Source of the DNA: a virus
Lineage: Duplodnaviria > Caudoviricetes
Direction: 5' to 3' (one strand)
Length of the DNA stretch: 59,509 nucleotides
Virus record (IMG/VR): IMGVR_UViG_3300017781_000007
Coordinates: 1-59,509 of that record
Numbering within the stretch: the first letter of the stretch is position 1; each line of letters begins with the position of its first letter. Below, piece by piece: positions 47,517 to 56,145 of this stretch. A program made the position numbers and the translations under genes. Under the pieces are notes generated by a model. It did not search any database and was not told the DNA's origin. It was given only the letters and a program-made list of their open reading frames with translations.

Positions 47517-48987
47517 AATATTTATGCTCCTTTGGAATGTTATAACTTTCCTCCTCATAGTCACTTAACATATCTATGAAGTTTCCTTGTCGATATCTTA
47601 ACACAGCTTGTGTGGTGCTATCTACATAGTCGTCATTGGCTCCGTGAGGAAAGGCAGCGCATTCTTCAATAACTTCTTCTGCATATTTTTCACCCTCTGG
47701 ATAATAAATCTGACCCCCTTCAAAGACTGGGGCGGTAGCGTTGACCCGTGAGTGTTTGTCTTTTCCCCGTGATGGTACGAATGGAATGACAGGAATACCC
47801 ATTCGTCTGAACTCTTGCATGAGTGGTTCCCCTGTAGCCTTAGCCTCAATAATCACGGTCTCCGGCTCCCAGTATTTATATTGATCCATTGCAATTGCTT
47901 TAAGTTCTGGAAAATCATATTTACCCTTGATCGCATCAAGTAGAATCATTGCAGGTTTACCGTCTTCTTGTGGAAAAAATATACCCCATGTTGTGATAGC
48001 AGAATAGTCAGCAGTTTCTTTTGCACTAAAAGCAGTATCATATGATTGTATTACATGCTGCAGTTTTGGAATTCTTTCATGTTCCCATACTTGCCACCAT
48101 TCTCTTTTGAGAATAGCTCCTTCTTCAGATGTAGGGTTTTGCATATATTGAGCAGACCAGTTCCTGATCGGTAAAGATGCTTTTACTTTTTCTAATTCTT
48201 CTAGTTCCCAATACTCAGGCCAAACAGGATTCCCTGAATCTAGTATTGCAGGAAATGAAATTACATTCCATTTGTCAGCTTTAGGTTCTTTTTGAGACTT
48301 AATTAATCGACCTGTCAAATCATCCTCTGCCCATCTTGTCATTACAACAACAATTGAGCCTCCCGGTTGTAAACGCTGTCTCGGTCCTGACACATACCAA
48401 TCGAAAGCACGTTCCATTGCAGACTCAGACATCGCATCTTGTTCAGTATGTGGATCGTCGATAATAAGTAAGTCCGCCCCTCGTCCTGTGATAGAACCGC
48501 CTACCCCCGCTGCAAAATATTCTCCACCATGATTGGTCTCCCATCGTCCTTTGGCCTTACTATCTTCTCGTAGTTTAACATCCCCAAATATATTTTTATA
48601 CTCTTTCTGTTCCATTAGGTTACGAACCTTAGAACCGAACCTTGATGATAGTTCTGCGTTGTGTGATACCTGCATAATTTTTAAATTTGGATACTTCCCT
48701 ATCATCCAAGCAGGAAACAAATAGGATGCAAATTCTGATTTAGTATGCCTAGGAGGCATATTTATTATGAGCCTCCCTTTTTTCTTGGAAGAAATTTTTG
48801 TAAACTCGGCTGCTATGTGTTGATGGTGTCCCCATCTTTTTGGTTCAGGATCCAATCTACAAATGAAATCAGGCCAGACTTCTTTAACAAAATATATAAA
48901 ATTATCTTGGCACAACTTTATGTGTTCAATCCACTTAGCTTCGACTGCTAATCTTAGTTGTTCATTCGTTAGTAATTCTTTTTGCAT
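47509..48987 (-). CDS. terL: Terminase large subunit
   Basis: MPPRHTKS Walker A variant, ITGRGADLLIIDD, MTRW, SYDTA, NDDYVDS nuclease motif. Confidence 0.93.
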   Translation of the reverse strand: MQKELLTNEQLRLAVEAKWIEHIKLCQDNFIYFVKEVWPDFICRLDPEPKRWGHHQHIAAEFTKISSKKKGRLIINMPPRHTKSEFASYLFPAWMIGKYPNLKIMQVSHNAELSSRFGSKVRNLMEQKEYKNIFGDVKLREDSKAKGRWETNHGGEYFAAGVGGSITGRGADLLIIDDPHTEQDAMSESAMERAFDWYVSGPRQRLQPGGSIVVVMTRWAEDDLTGRLIKSQKEPKADKWNVISFPAILDSGNPVWPEYWELEELEKVKASLPIRNWSAQYMQNPTSEEGAILKREWWQVWEHERIPKLQHVIQSYDTAFSAKETADYSAITTWGIFFPQEDGKPAMILLDAIKGKYDFPELKAIAMDQYKYWEPETVIIEAKATGEPLMQEFRRMGIPVIPFVPSRGKDKHSRVNATAPVFEGGQIYYPEGEKYAEEVIEECAAFPHGANDDYVDSTTQAVLRYRQGNFIDMLSDYEEESYNIPKEHKYYG

Positions 48988-49186
48988 TGAGTCCCCTTTT
49001 TTATCTTAACTCATAATAAAAATATAGTCACTACATCTATGCGATCGAGTTTTTAGCACGGCTCTTGCTATAATCAGTTTTTGTGTGCGTGGCATCTAAA
49101 TCTTGTGTATTTGTTTGAGTTTGGAACTAGATTTGGTACCTCTATTCAGGTGGTGAAGGTGGTGGAGATGGTGGAGAAGGTAGCGT

Positions 49187-49214
49187 CACCTGTAACCCCG
49201 AAGGGTTACAGGTG
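49187..49214 (-). terminator. Perfect 12-bp hairpin after the early operon (atypical, no U-tract)
   Basis: CACCTGTAACCC-CGAA-GGGTTACAGGTG; cUUCGg loop on the minus strand; 7 nt after the stop at 49222. Confidence 0.5.
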
Positions 49215-49221
49215 TAGAACT

Positions 49222-49485
49222 TTACTGATTAAAGTCTTGATCTGGATTGTTTTGAATAATTTGTAAGATTGGTTTTAAATTATTCACTAACTTTTGTTTT
49301 AACTCATTCACGATAGGGTCATTAGGGTACTGAATAATAATTTCCTCAACAGCACTTTCTAATTGTTTATACATGAATTGATAGTTAAGAGTTGTTGCAC
49401 TTGAACTTGTACTTGCTTGTTCAACCTCATTTGAGTTTGCTTTGTTCTCAACTATCTCATTAACCATTTTGATTAAGTTGCTCAT
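49222..49485 (-). CDS. Hypothetical early protein
   Basis: 87 aa; coupled start/stop. Confidence 0.65.
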   Translation of the reverse strand: MSNLIKMVNEIVENKANSNEVEQASTSSSATTLNYQFMYKQLESAVEEIIIQYPNDPIVNELKQKLVNNLKPILQIIQNNPDQDFNQ

Positions 49486-49832
49486 TAGTTTGTTCCTTTC
49501 TCTTGAACTTTGATTTTAATTTCTTTTGTGTCCATATCAACTAAAAACTCCTCATACAATTTAGGGTGCTTTTCTTTGAATTTAGATACATCAAATCTTT
49601 TCATTGTTCGTTTGATTAATTGAGCAAACCCCTCAATGTTATCAACTTTATTTATAATGATTAGATTTGTTTTCAAAGTTTCAAACAACTCAACATGACT
49701 TGGTTTAATCAAATCATTTGCTTTCTTTTGTTGCTTAACTTGTTCAACTGAATAATGATAATTCACTATTCCTTGTTGCTCTTGCTTGTTAGCTTTCTTA
49801 ATAAGTCTAGTGACTTTTTTTAGATTGCTCAT
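49485..49832 (-). CDS. Hypothetical early protein
   Basis: 115 aa, RFDVSKFKEKHPKLYEEF; AAGGA RBS. Confidence 0.65.
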   Translation of the reverse strand: MSNLKKVTRLIKKANKQEQQGIVNYHYSVEQVKQQKKANDLIKPSHVELFETLKTNLIIINKVDNIEGFAQLIKRTMKRFDVSKFKEKHPKLYEEFLVDMDTKEIKIKVQEKGTN

Positions 49833-49861
49833 AACATTTTTCCTTTCATAAGTTAATTGTT

Positions 49862-49898
49862 ATCCCATGAATATAAGAAATTAAAAAAGATAATTCAA
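49862..49898 (-). promoter_or_regulatory. Sigma70-like promoter TTGAAT-N17-TATATT followed by cATGGGAT
   Basis: Spacing counted on the minus strand, upstream of 49832. Confidence 0.65.
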
Positions 49899-50030
49899 CA
49901 AATAAATTAATTAATTTAAAAATAAATTTAGAACTTCATTACTTATAATTAACCCTTGACTTTGAGAAATCCGAAGCACGACTGGTGTCTGGTGCTGGGC
50001 AGCTTCTGTTCATGTTCAAGAACTGACGCA

Positions 50031-50057
50031 GGGCGTGGGCGTGGGCGTGGGCGTGGG
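50031..50057 (+). repeat. Tandem repeat (GGGCGT)4-GGG
   Basis: Five G3 tracts with 3-nt spacers, read directly. Confidence 0.9.
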
Positions 50058-50079
50058 ACAATGCCCACGCCTCAACAAC

Positions 50080-50583
50080 CTAACAGATTTTAAATCCGTT
50101 TGAATCTTCGCAGAATTTTATGAACTCCTCTACATTTTCCATAGTGAATGGATAGGAACTTCCGTAAGAGTATTTGGATTGTATCCAATCCCAAGTATCG
50201 TGGTCGTCTTTTGGATAGTCAGCAGGTGCTAGGTTTTCTTTTCCTTGTTCTTTCTCAACCTTACTTGCTAACATCTTATGACATCTATCAACGAACTTGT
50301 TGTTCTCTTCGGCTTCTTTCATTTCTTCTTCGGTCTTTCTTATGACCTCTGAAACTTTACCACTCTTGATGAGTGTCTTTAGTTGTTTGGCAATTTGTTT
50401 AGCTTGTTCTTCGCTGACCTCGTGTCCGTCGTTGTGTTGCCAACTCTTCTTATCTTCTTCTTCAACGCAACCTGTTTCTTCACATACGAAGTCGGCAAGT
50501 CGTCGCCACCACCAAACATTATTTCTGAAGTATTCGCCATTTGCGTTCTTGTGATTTCCTAGACTATATAAATCAAAGCCCAT
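50080..50583 (-). CDS. Conserved early phage protein
   Basis: MGFDLY, YFRNNVWWWRRL, EFIKFCEDSNGFKIC; AAGGAG RBS. Confidence 0.7.
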   Translation of the reverse strand: MGFDLYSLGNHKNANGEYFRNNVWWWRRLADFVCEETGCVEEEDKKSWQHNDGHEVSEEQAKQIAKQLKTLIKSGKVSEVIRKTEEEMKEAEENNKFVDRCHKMLASKVEKEQGKENLAPADYPKDDHDTWDWIQSKYSYGSSYPFTMENVEEFIKFCEDSNGFKIC

Positions 50584-50852
50584 TTTGTTTCTCCTTTGTT
50601 AGTTGTTTTACCTTTCTTATCAAATCCCATGAGATATGCAAGAACTTTTTTTGGCAGGGCAGACCTGAAGAACTCCCGGTCTCGCCTGGCCAGCAGCTAA
50701 GTCCATTAGCTTTTTAATAACAGTCCGAGCTGTTTGCAGTCGTGGGCGTGGGAAACCCGTGCCTCTGACCAGCAGCCAGATCCCAGCCTGGCCAGCTCCT
50801 GATGCATGTCCAGCCACGTGGTGGTTCTGAGACGGCGGATGTGGGCGTGGGG

Positions 50853-50980
50853 CTAGAAGAGATAGGGAACTCCAGTGCATCCACGGACCAGCGCTGCCAG
50901 CAGGAAGATGTATATCCATCCTGCTGTTCTCGGAGCGAAAGCTAACGGGATTAGCAGCAATGCTATCCATAGCAATGTGT
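50853..50980 (-). CDS. Small membrane protein (start uncertain)
   Basis: LLWIALLLIPLAFAP...WIYIFLLAALV. Confidence 0.4.
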
Positions 50981-50985
50981 TACCA

Positions 50986-51282
50986 TCATCGTCCCCATGT
51001 GATGCCCTCCTCGTCAGTTCTGAACTTAACGACATCTCGCAACTTAAGCTTCGTTAAGATCTGTGGTACGTTATCTAAGGTCCCTTCTCCCTTGAGTCTA
51101 GATCCTTTGGTGATTCGCACCCACATCTTTTCGCTACGAGCTCTGTGCTTAAACCATACGTATACGTAGTCACGCATGTTCACTTGCCGTTCGAGCTGCT
51201 TTATTTTAAAATATGTTTCTTTACCGTGGTCAGGACAGCTGTAGACAATGTTGTCCTTATCTTCTTGTACATTTGCTACCAT
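50986..51282 (-). CDS. DUF2314/YegJ-like protein
   Basis: EKMWVRIT...GTLDNVP...LKLRDVVKF; AGGAG RBS before 51282. Confidence 0.55.
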   Translation of the reverse strand: MVANVQEDKDNIVYSCPDHGKETYFKIKQLERQVNMRDYVYVWFKHRARSEKMWVRITKGSRLKGEGTLDNVPQILTKLKLRDVVKFRTDEEGITWGR

Positions 51283-51356
51283 GTTATCACTCCTGTCCAA
51301 ACCAAGAGTCCGAAGACAATTGTACATACAGTTACTTCTGGAATTATCGTATTCAT
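51276..51356 (-). CDS. 26-aa single-TM peptide
   Basis: AAGGAG RBS then MNTIIPEVTVCTIVFGLLVWTGVITW. Confidence 0.5.
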   Translation of the reverse strand: MNTIIPEVTVCTIVFGLLVWTGVITW

Positions 51357-51380
51357 TTTTTCTCCTTAGTTAGTTAGTTC

Positions 51381-51467
51381 GCGGTAGTCAGGTACCAATC
51401 AGTTCATTCTTCTATCACCTGCCTTCAGACACCCAACGTGCACATCGGATATCAGTGGATCTACCGT
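51381..51467 (-). ncRNA. Candidate three-stem structured leader RNA
   Basis: Closing stem CGGUAG/CUACCG, 11-bp stem with G-U pairs valid only on the minus strand, CAGGU/ACCUG stem. Confidence 0.45.
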
Positions 51468-51873
51468 ACTAGTATAGATAAGACATCATGGGATCTTTGT
51501 CAACGGCAAAAATTAAAAAGATTCATCTTTCTCCAGCAGCATCAGGTTGCTGCCTGGCGTCACCAGCTGGCCACTTTTAGTTCAAACCCGACCATTTCGG
51601 TCGGGAATGGTCGTGGGGGCGTGGGTCGAGAAAGGAAAATGAAAATAAACCATACCCACACCCTAGCCAATCGTACCACGCTTCACCGCTGCTGGCCAGA
51701 GACCTGGCGAGCCCAGCTCCTGAAGGTAAGTTCAGTAATCCTTATCGTGGGCGTGGGTGCGTGGGCGTGGGGGTAGGCAGCTTCACGGCCGCGTAACCTT
51801 CGGTTCGCGGTCCCAGCACGTGGTTGATAGTTTAGCTATTAACGACGTGGGGGTGGGAGCACGGGCGTGGGCA

Positions 51874-52251
51874 TCAGGATCCCGGTGCAGGATGGCCAGC
51901 TGCTACGGTGATCAGTGTTTTAAGGTTCGTGTGGCGGGCAATGGGGGTCGGGGTTCGGGATTCCAGGCTCACGGCCAGAAGTTCATAAGGCTCGTGCAAG
52001 AGGGGCCTATTCAAGATATACGCTCTACCACCTGCTTTCAAGTATTTAATATGCCAATTGATTTGGTACTTCGATAGACCACAATTCTTGCTGGTGTTCG
52101 CTTTGAGTTCAAGCCAAAATACTTGCCTGTTTACTACACAATGCACATCAGGAATTCCATTAATTGTACTAGATTCTATGCGAGTAAAATGCCAATCTTT
52201 GTTAATATTTTTTATATCGTTCCACAGCTTTGATTCTTTGTTTTGAGCCAT
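51874..52251 (-). CDS. Holliday junction resolvase / VRR-NUC-like nuclease
   Basis: ESKLW, TRIES, GIPD, WLELK, QINWH. Confidence 0.75.
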   Translation of the reverse strand: MAQNKESKLWNDIKNINKDWHFTRIESSTINGIPDVHCVVNRQVFWLELKANTSKNCGLSKYQINWHIKYLKAGGRAYILNRPLLHEPYELLAVSLESRTPTPIARHTNLKTLITVAAGHPAPGS

Positions 52252-52262
52252 TATTTAATCGG

Positions 52263-52475
52263 TCAAGAATCGCAAATGCAGCCAACGAATTGACCTGTAT
52301 CATCATTCATCAAATGCACATTCCAAGGTACATCATGATATGTTGTTAAGTGTAATCTAAGGATATCGCACAAGTCAAAGCAGTCTACCTCAGCCATAAT
52401 TTCTATGCCTTCCATCATTTCTTTCGTAACAGCCACAAGCTGATACAAACCATCGTTCAGTAATATAAGATCCAT
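52263..52475 (-). CDS. Small Cys-containing protein
   Basis: 70 aa, CFDLCD, GCIC; coupled. Confidence 0.55.
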   Translation of the reverse strand: MDLILLNDGLYQLVAVTKEMMEGIEIMAEVDCFDLCDILRLHLTTYHDVPWNVHLMNDDTGQFVGCICDS

Positions 52476-52804
52476 TACAGCTTAACTATTTTTGTAATTA
52501 CTGAGTTCGGTATGATTGTTGTTCCACCAATTGTTTCGATATGACCTTCATCACCATCTCTTCCGTCCTTCAAGCCATAGTCAGCAAAGATTCTCGTAAT
52601 ACCTTTTTCACGGGAAACCATCCAACCTCTCGATATCATTCTACCAAGTTGTGACTTCTTCAGCTGCTCAAAAGTTTGCCAACCCGTCTCGCCTACGATA
52701 TCCAACCAATGAATCTCTACGAACGGATAGTGTTCTATCTTCTCTTTTGGAAATTTAATATTGACGTCTATGTGTTTTGTTTTTCTTAGTCTTCTGCTTT
52801 TCAT
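52475..52804 (-). CDS. Conserved phage protein
   Basis: VEIHWLDIVGETGW, TIIPNSVI. Confidence 0.6.
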   Translation of the reverse strand: MKSRRLRKTKHIDVNIKFPKEKIEHYPFVEIHWLDIVGETGWQTFEQLKKSQLGRMISRGWMVSREKGITRIFADYGLKDGRDGDEGHIETIGGTTIIPNSVITKIVKL

Positions 52805-52902
52805 TCTTAGTTCCCCTAGTTGTTATACTTACAGCACCGACTGATACAGTCAGAGTACTATTATGTACTTCGTTGAAAACTGTCAAGAAATTCTTCCAAT
52901 CT

Positions 52903-53415
52903 CTAGTTTTCAGTAACTTCTTTTGGCGTAACGTCAATAATATTTTTGGCTTCGCCGATCTTTGATTCAAGCTCCTCAAGTCTCTTCTCCAATTGTTCTC
53001 TGTTCATACCTTCTAAACCAATATGGCTTATTTCTTTTCTGTCTACAAAATGCCCAGCCATTTGATCTCTTCTAAACTGCGCATTGATAGCTGCTGTCAT
53101 CTGGCCTTTCTGCTCAGACTTATCTCTCATCCTAGAATAATGTTTATAGGATAATAGTTTATCTTTTTCTTCTTTCTCTAATTCTCTAGCCATTTGTTTC
53201 TCATAGTATCGAACAATATGTGGATTCTTGTCAGGATTTAATAGCCTACTCGCTTGATCAGTAGGTCCATATTTATTAGTTGAAGTAAAACCTGCTTGCT
53301 TAGCTGCTTCAACCTTCGTTATTTCGCCATAATTAGCAACATAGATATCTACAAACTTACGCTGTCTAGGTGTAAGTTCGGATATAGTTTTCAATTGATT
53401 AGCTTTCTTTGGCAC
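52903..53415 (-). CDS. terS: Terminase small subunit (putative)
   Basis: LTPRQRKFVDIY...EAAKQAGF...ASRLL HTH; C-terminal coiled coil; GTG start. Confidence 0.7.
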   Translation of the reverse strand: MPKKANQLKTISELTPRQRKFVDIYVANYGEITKVEAAKQAGFTSTNKYGPTDQASRLLNPDKNPHIVRYYEKQMARELEKEEKDKLLSYKHYSRMRDKSEQKGQMTAAINAQFRRDQMAGHFVDRKEISHIGLEGMNREQLEKRLEELESKIGEAKNIIDVTPKEVTEN

Positions 53416-53434
53416 TCAATTACTATATACCCTC

Positions 53435-53673
53435 CTCCTAGAAAAATAAATAGCAATAAGAAAATTCCCATAGTTTGCTCGTAAGGAGTACAAAACTCCT
53501 AGAAATTGCTAGGAGTAAAACTGGTTCTAGGAGTAAAACTAGGAGTAAATAAGTGTTGGTATATAAGGATAATATCTTAAAATTCCTAGACTCCTAGAAA
53601 AAAGGGCTTATTTTCCAAAAAAGTTTTTTTAAAAAATTATTTCTAAGCAATGGGTATATGCTGGTTCTAGGAG
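53435..53673. repeat. Iteron-like CTAGGAG/CTCCTAG array
   Basis: CTCCTAG at 53435, 53496, 53591; CTAGGAG at 53509, 53527, 53539, 53667; variants at 53482 and 53583. Confidence 0.8.
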
Positions 53674-53871
53674 CGTGTACCTTAGAACAATTCTAAACTG
53701 CACATTTTCCTTGCCTCACGCAGCCAGTTTGATAGGGTATCAAGGTGACTAATTCATTAAAAGCTCTCTTGAATCAACTAAGGAGGAAAAATGACTTGAC
53801 TACTCAATCATATTAAACTAATGGGAAGACTTGATTATGTTTCATAGTCAATCTTTCTAAGTTAGTTGGAA

Positions 53872-53908
53872 GAGGGCCAGACCGGGAGACTGAGCTGGCC
53901 CTTTTTTT
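53872..53908 (+). terminator. Rho-independent terminator (possibly bidirectional)
   Basis: AGGGCCAG...CTGGCCCT followed by a T-run. Confidence 0.75.
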
Positions 53909-53969
53909 ATGCATTAACTTCTCATGAGTATTACCCCCTTGATAGTTTAATACCCGCAACTTTTAATAA

Positions 53970-54401
53970 TTAAATAGCAGTAACTAAATTAGATATAAAA
54001 ATAGTGGTACACAGATCTACTGCGTGTCTTAGATGTTCTAAATGTTTTCGGTGATATTTTTTTGACTCAACTTCCCTACAATTACGATACTTTACGAATT
54101 GCTCTGAGTACTTCTTCCATGCAAAATTCCTAGGTGAGAACTGAATGTTTCCATCCATAATGGCTTTTTTATATTTTTCTTTTACATGCACAGGTTCAAA
54201 ACCTGCATAATAACAAACAGTATGGAAATCAGTAGTATTCGACATAATCCATGCATGAGCCTCGCATTTATATATTGAAGGTTTTCTCTCCTGGCTTTTC
54301 TGTCCTGCGTCTTCGATTGCATTGCACAGTACTCCTCTCCATAGTTTCTCTTCAGGTTCTACGTCTGTTGATAGTAACTGAGCTGCGAAACTAGTGCCCA
54401 T
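53970..54401 (-). CDS. Conserved phage protein
   Basis: PEEKLWRGVL-x-NAIED, AHAWI, DFHTVC-x2-AG; start trimmed to MGTSF. Confidence 0.6.
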   Translation of the reverse strand: MGTSFAAQLLSTDVEPEEKLWRGVLCNAIEDAGQKSQERKPSIYKCEAHAWIMSNTTDFHTVCYYAGFEPVHVKEKYKKAIMDGNIQFSPRNFAWKKYSEQFVKYRNCREVESKKYHRKHLEHLRHAVDLCTTIFISNLVTAI

Positions 54402-54609
54402 AAGTTTTAATAAGGAAAGAGAGTAAGTCACGATAGTATATTGTTCCTTCTATTTCACTTCTGTCTTTTTTAGATCGTTCATAGTCCAGATGTACACTAT
54501 TGATAACTCCGTGTATATCCTCGCCACTATGTTTTTCTTGTTCAGGAACTTTGTGAAAGATATCTCTTGCCATTAGTCTATTATAGTTATTTTTCGACAT
54601 CTTTTCCAC
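54391..54609 (-). CDS. Hypothetical protein
   Basis: 72 aa, overlapping neighbours. Confidence 0.5.
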   Translation of the reverse strand: MEKMSKNNYNRLMARDIFHKVPEQEKHSGEDIHGVINSVHLDYERSKKDRSEIEGTIYYRDLLSFLIKTYGH

Positions 54610-54856
54610 CTTTGACCAATTTAAATTTGTAAAGCTTAGCCTTCTTTTCTATCTTTTTTTCTTTCCTAAATTGCCACACAGCTGCAATGTCAGCCATAAA
54701 TTGCGGATCAAATGTATCTCTATAACCAAGCTTGTCCCCCATGTATAAGCGAAACATATTGTTGCTTACTAATTTATATTCTTTATGTGTTAACTTATCT
54801 GCTAACACATTTAAGCTTTGGATGAGTGGATTAATGAATCGTTCTTTTTTTGCCAC
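54587..54856 (-). CDS. Hypothetical protein
   Basis: 89 aa, GTG start, GAGGA RBS. Confidence 0.55.
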   Translation of the reverse strand: MAKKERFINPLIQSLNVLADKLTHKEYKLVSNNMFRLYMGDKLGYRDTFDPQFMADIAAVWQFRKEKKIEKKAKLYKFKLVKGGKDVEK

Positions 54857-55097
54857 GAATGAATTCCTCTAATATTTTTATTAGCGTTAAAACATAATCT
54901 GTTTCAATTACGTCTGGCTCGTGTTTCGTGGTTCTTTTTCCATGTTCAAAGTGACCTGCACCCTTACACTCTTTGCACGTTTGTGTCTCTGAATAAGGGA
55001 TAATTCTTACGTACCCATTACCATTACAATTCTTACAAATTTTATAAGGATCACCTAATTTCTGATTCATTTTCTTTTTATACTTCTTTTTTGGCAT
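54831..55097 (-). CDS. DnaJ-type zinc-finger protein
   Basis: CKNCNGNG...CKECKGAG; start trimmed to MPKKK. Confidence 0.65.
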   Translation of the reverse strand: MPKKKYKKKMNQKLGDPYKICKNCNGNGYVRIIPYSETQTCKECKGAGHFEHGKRTTKHEPDVIETDYVLTLIKILEEFIRGKKRTIH

Positions 55098-55329
55098 GAG
55101 TAAAGGGTTTTGTTCTTGGGTTTTTATTTTTAGGCCATCTGCACATGAACTTCTGCACAACTGTATTCTTCATATCCTTCTCGTCACCAGTCACAATAAG
55201 AATATCATGGCCATTTTCATGAGCATGTACATGATGAGTGATATAGTTATTCACAGGAATTTCTCTCGTGTTGGTTCTTAAATCATCGAGATAGTTTTCT
55301 AAATCAATACAATCTTTATCGGACATCAT
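55078..55329 (-). CDS. Hypothetical protein
   Basis: 83 aa; AGGAG RBS. Confidence 0.55.
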   Translation of the reverse strand: MMSDKDCIDLENYLDDLRTNTREIPVNNYITHHVHAHENGHDILIVTGDEKDMKNTVVQKFMCRWPKNKNPRTKPFTHAKKEV

Positions 55330-55420
55330 CTCTTGCTCCTAATAATTTTTGCTTGTTTTCTCCATGCCCATGCACTTATTGATCCTGTTATACCCATGAG
55401 CCATATGTAAAATTTTAACT

Positions 55421-55750
55421 TCACAGCTTATCTTTCCAACTATAATGTTTTTTAAGCTCCAATCTTTTCTGCTCAGTATAGTCTTCAGTATGCCCATACT
55501 CTTGTCCATCTCTCATAATTCGTAACATCTCTTCACAGGTAAGATTAACATTTTCTTTTAACTTCGCTAATTCTCGCTCTGTTTGGTTTAGTTTAGTTTG
55601 TATGTTCCTATTAATTTCTTTTAGCTTTCTGTTTTCTTGTTCTATACTAGGAAATACATCTATATTATTGAAAGCTTTTTCTAAATCTCCCATTGGATCC
55701 ATAGTGTCAGATTCTAAATCTGGTGTAAGTTTATCTTCTTGCATGACCAT
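55421..55750 (-). CDS. Coiled-coil hypothetical protein
   Basis: 109 aa; AAGGAAGG RBS. Confidence 0.55.
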   Translation of the reverse strand: MVMQEDKLTPDLESDTMDPMGDLEKAFNNIDVFPSIEQENRKLKEINRNIQTKLNQTERELAKLKENVNLTCEEMLRIMRDGQEYGHTEDYTEQKRLELKKHYSWKDKL

Positions 55751-55970
55751 TCCTTCCTTTAATTTTAGTTGGTATAATACTTGTCTTTAAAATTTTCTTT
55801 TTATACGAATCGATAGTCATACCAGTTTTTTTCGCCTGGAATTCTACATACTCGTTTACTAATTTTGATATCATAGATGCAGGTGATCTAAATTTTTCAT
55901 TACAAAGTCCTTGTAACAAATCATAGTCTGGTTTTCTTACTGCAACAGATTTAAATTTATTTATATCCAT
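55731..55970 (-). CDS. Ribbon-helix-helix-like DNA-binding protein (putative)
   Basis: FKSVAV strand, DYDLLQGLC helix, RSPASMISKLV helix. Confidence 0.55.
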   Translation of the reverse strand: MDINKFKSVAVRKPDYDLLQGLCNEKFRSPASMISKLVNEYVEFQAKKTGMTIDSYKKKILKTSIIPTKIKGRNGHARR

Positions 55971-56145
55971 GTTTCTTTAACTCCTTTTTCAATTGATCTT
56001 TGGTTTTAATACTCACCTTTGGTAAAAAGATGTAAGCTCTTTCAAAGTATGGATTGTTATCGCTAAAATCCCAACCCTTGCTTTTGCTCAATCTAGTTAT
56101 AGCTGCGTATTGTTTATCTTTCCAATCCATTTTTAAGAAAGCCAT
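55957..56145 (-). CDS. Hypothetical protein
   Basis: 62 aa; AGGAG RBS. Confidence 0.55.
   Translation of the reverse strand: MAFLKMDWKDKQYAAITRLSKSKGWDFSDNNPYFERAYIFLPKVSIKTKDQLKKELKKHGYK

Noticed and set aside
51381-51467. tRNA or hammerhead ribozyme
   Set aside because: No T-loop, D-loop or CCA; CUGAUA and GAAG do not match the CUGANGA/GAAA core
49976-51960. CRISPR array
   Set aside because: Repeats are short and degenerate with no identical 25-40 nt units, and there are no cas genes
50620-52077. ORFs 50620-50970, 51438-51776 and 51757-52077
   Set aside because: Open because high local GC lowers stop frequency; they translate repeat DNA and lack an RBS
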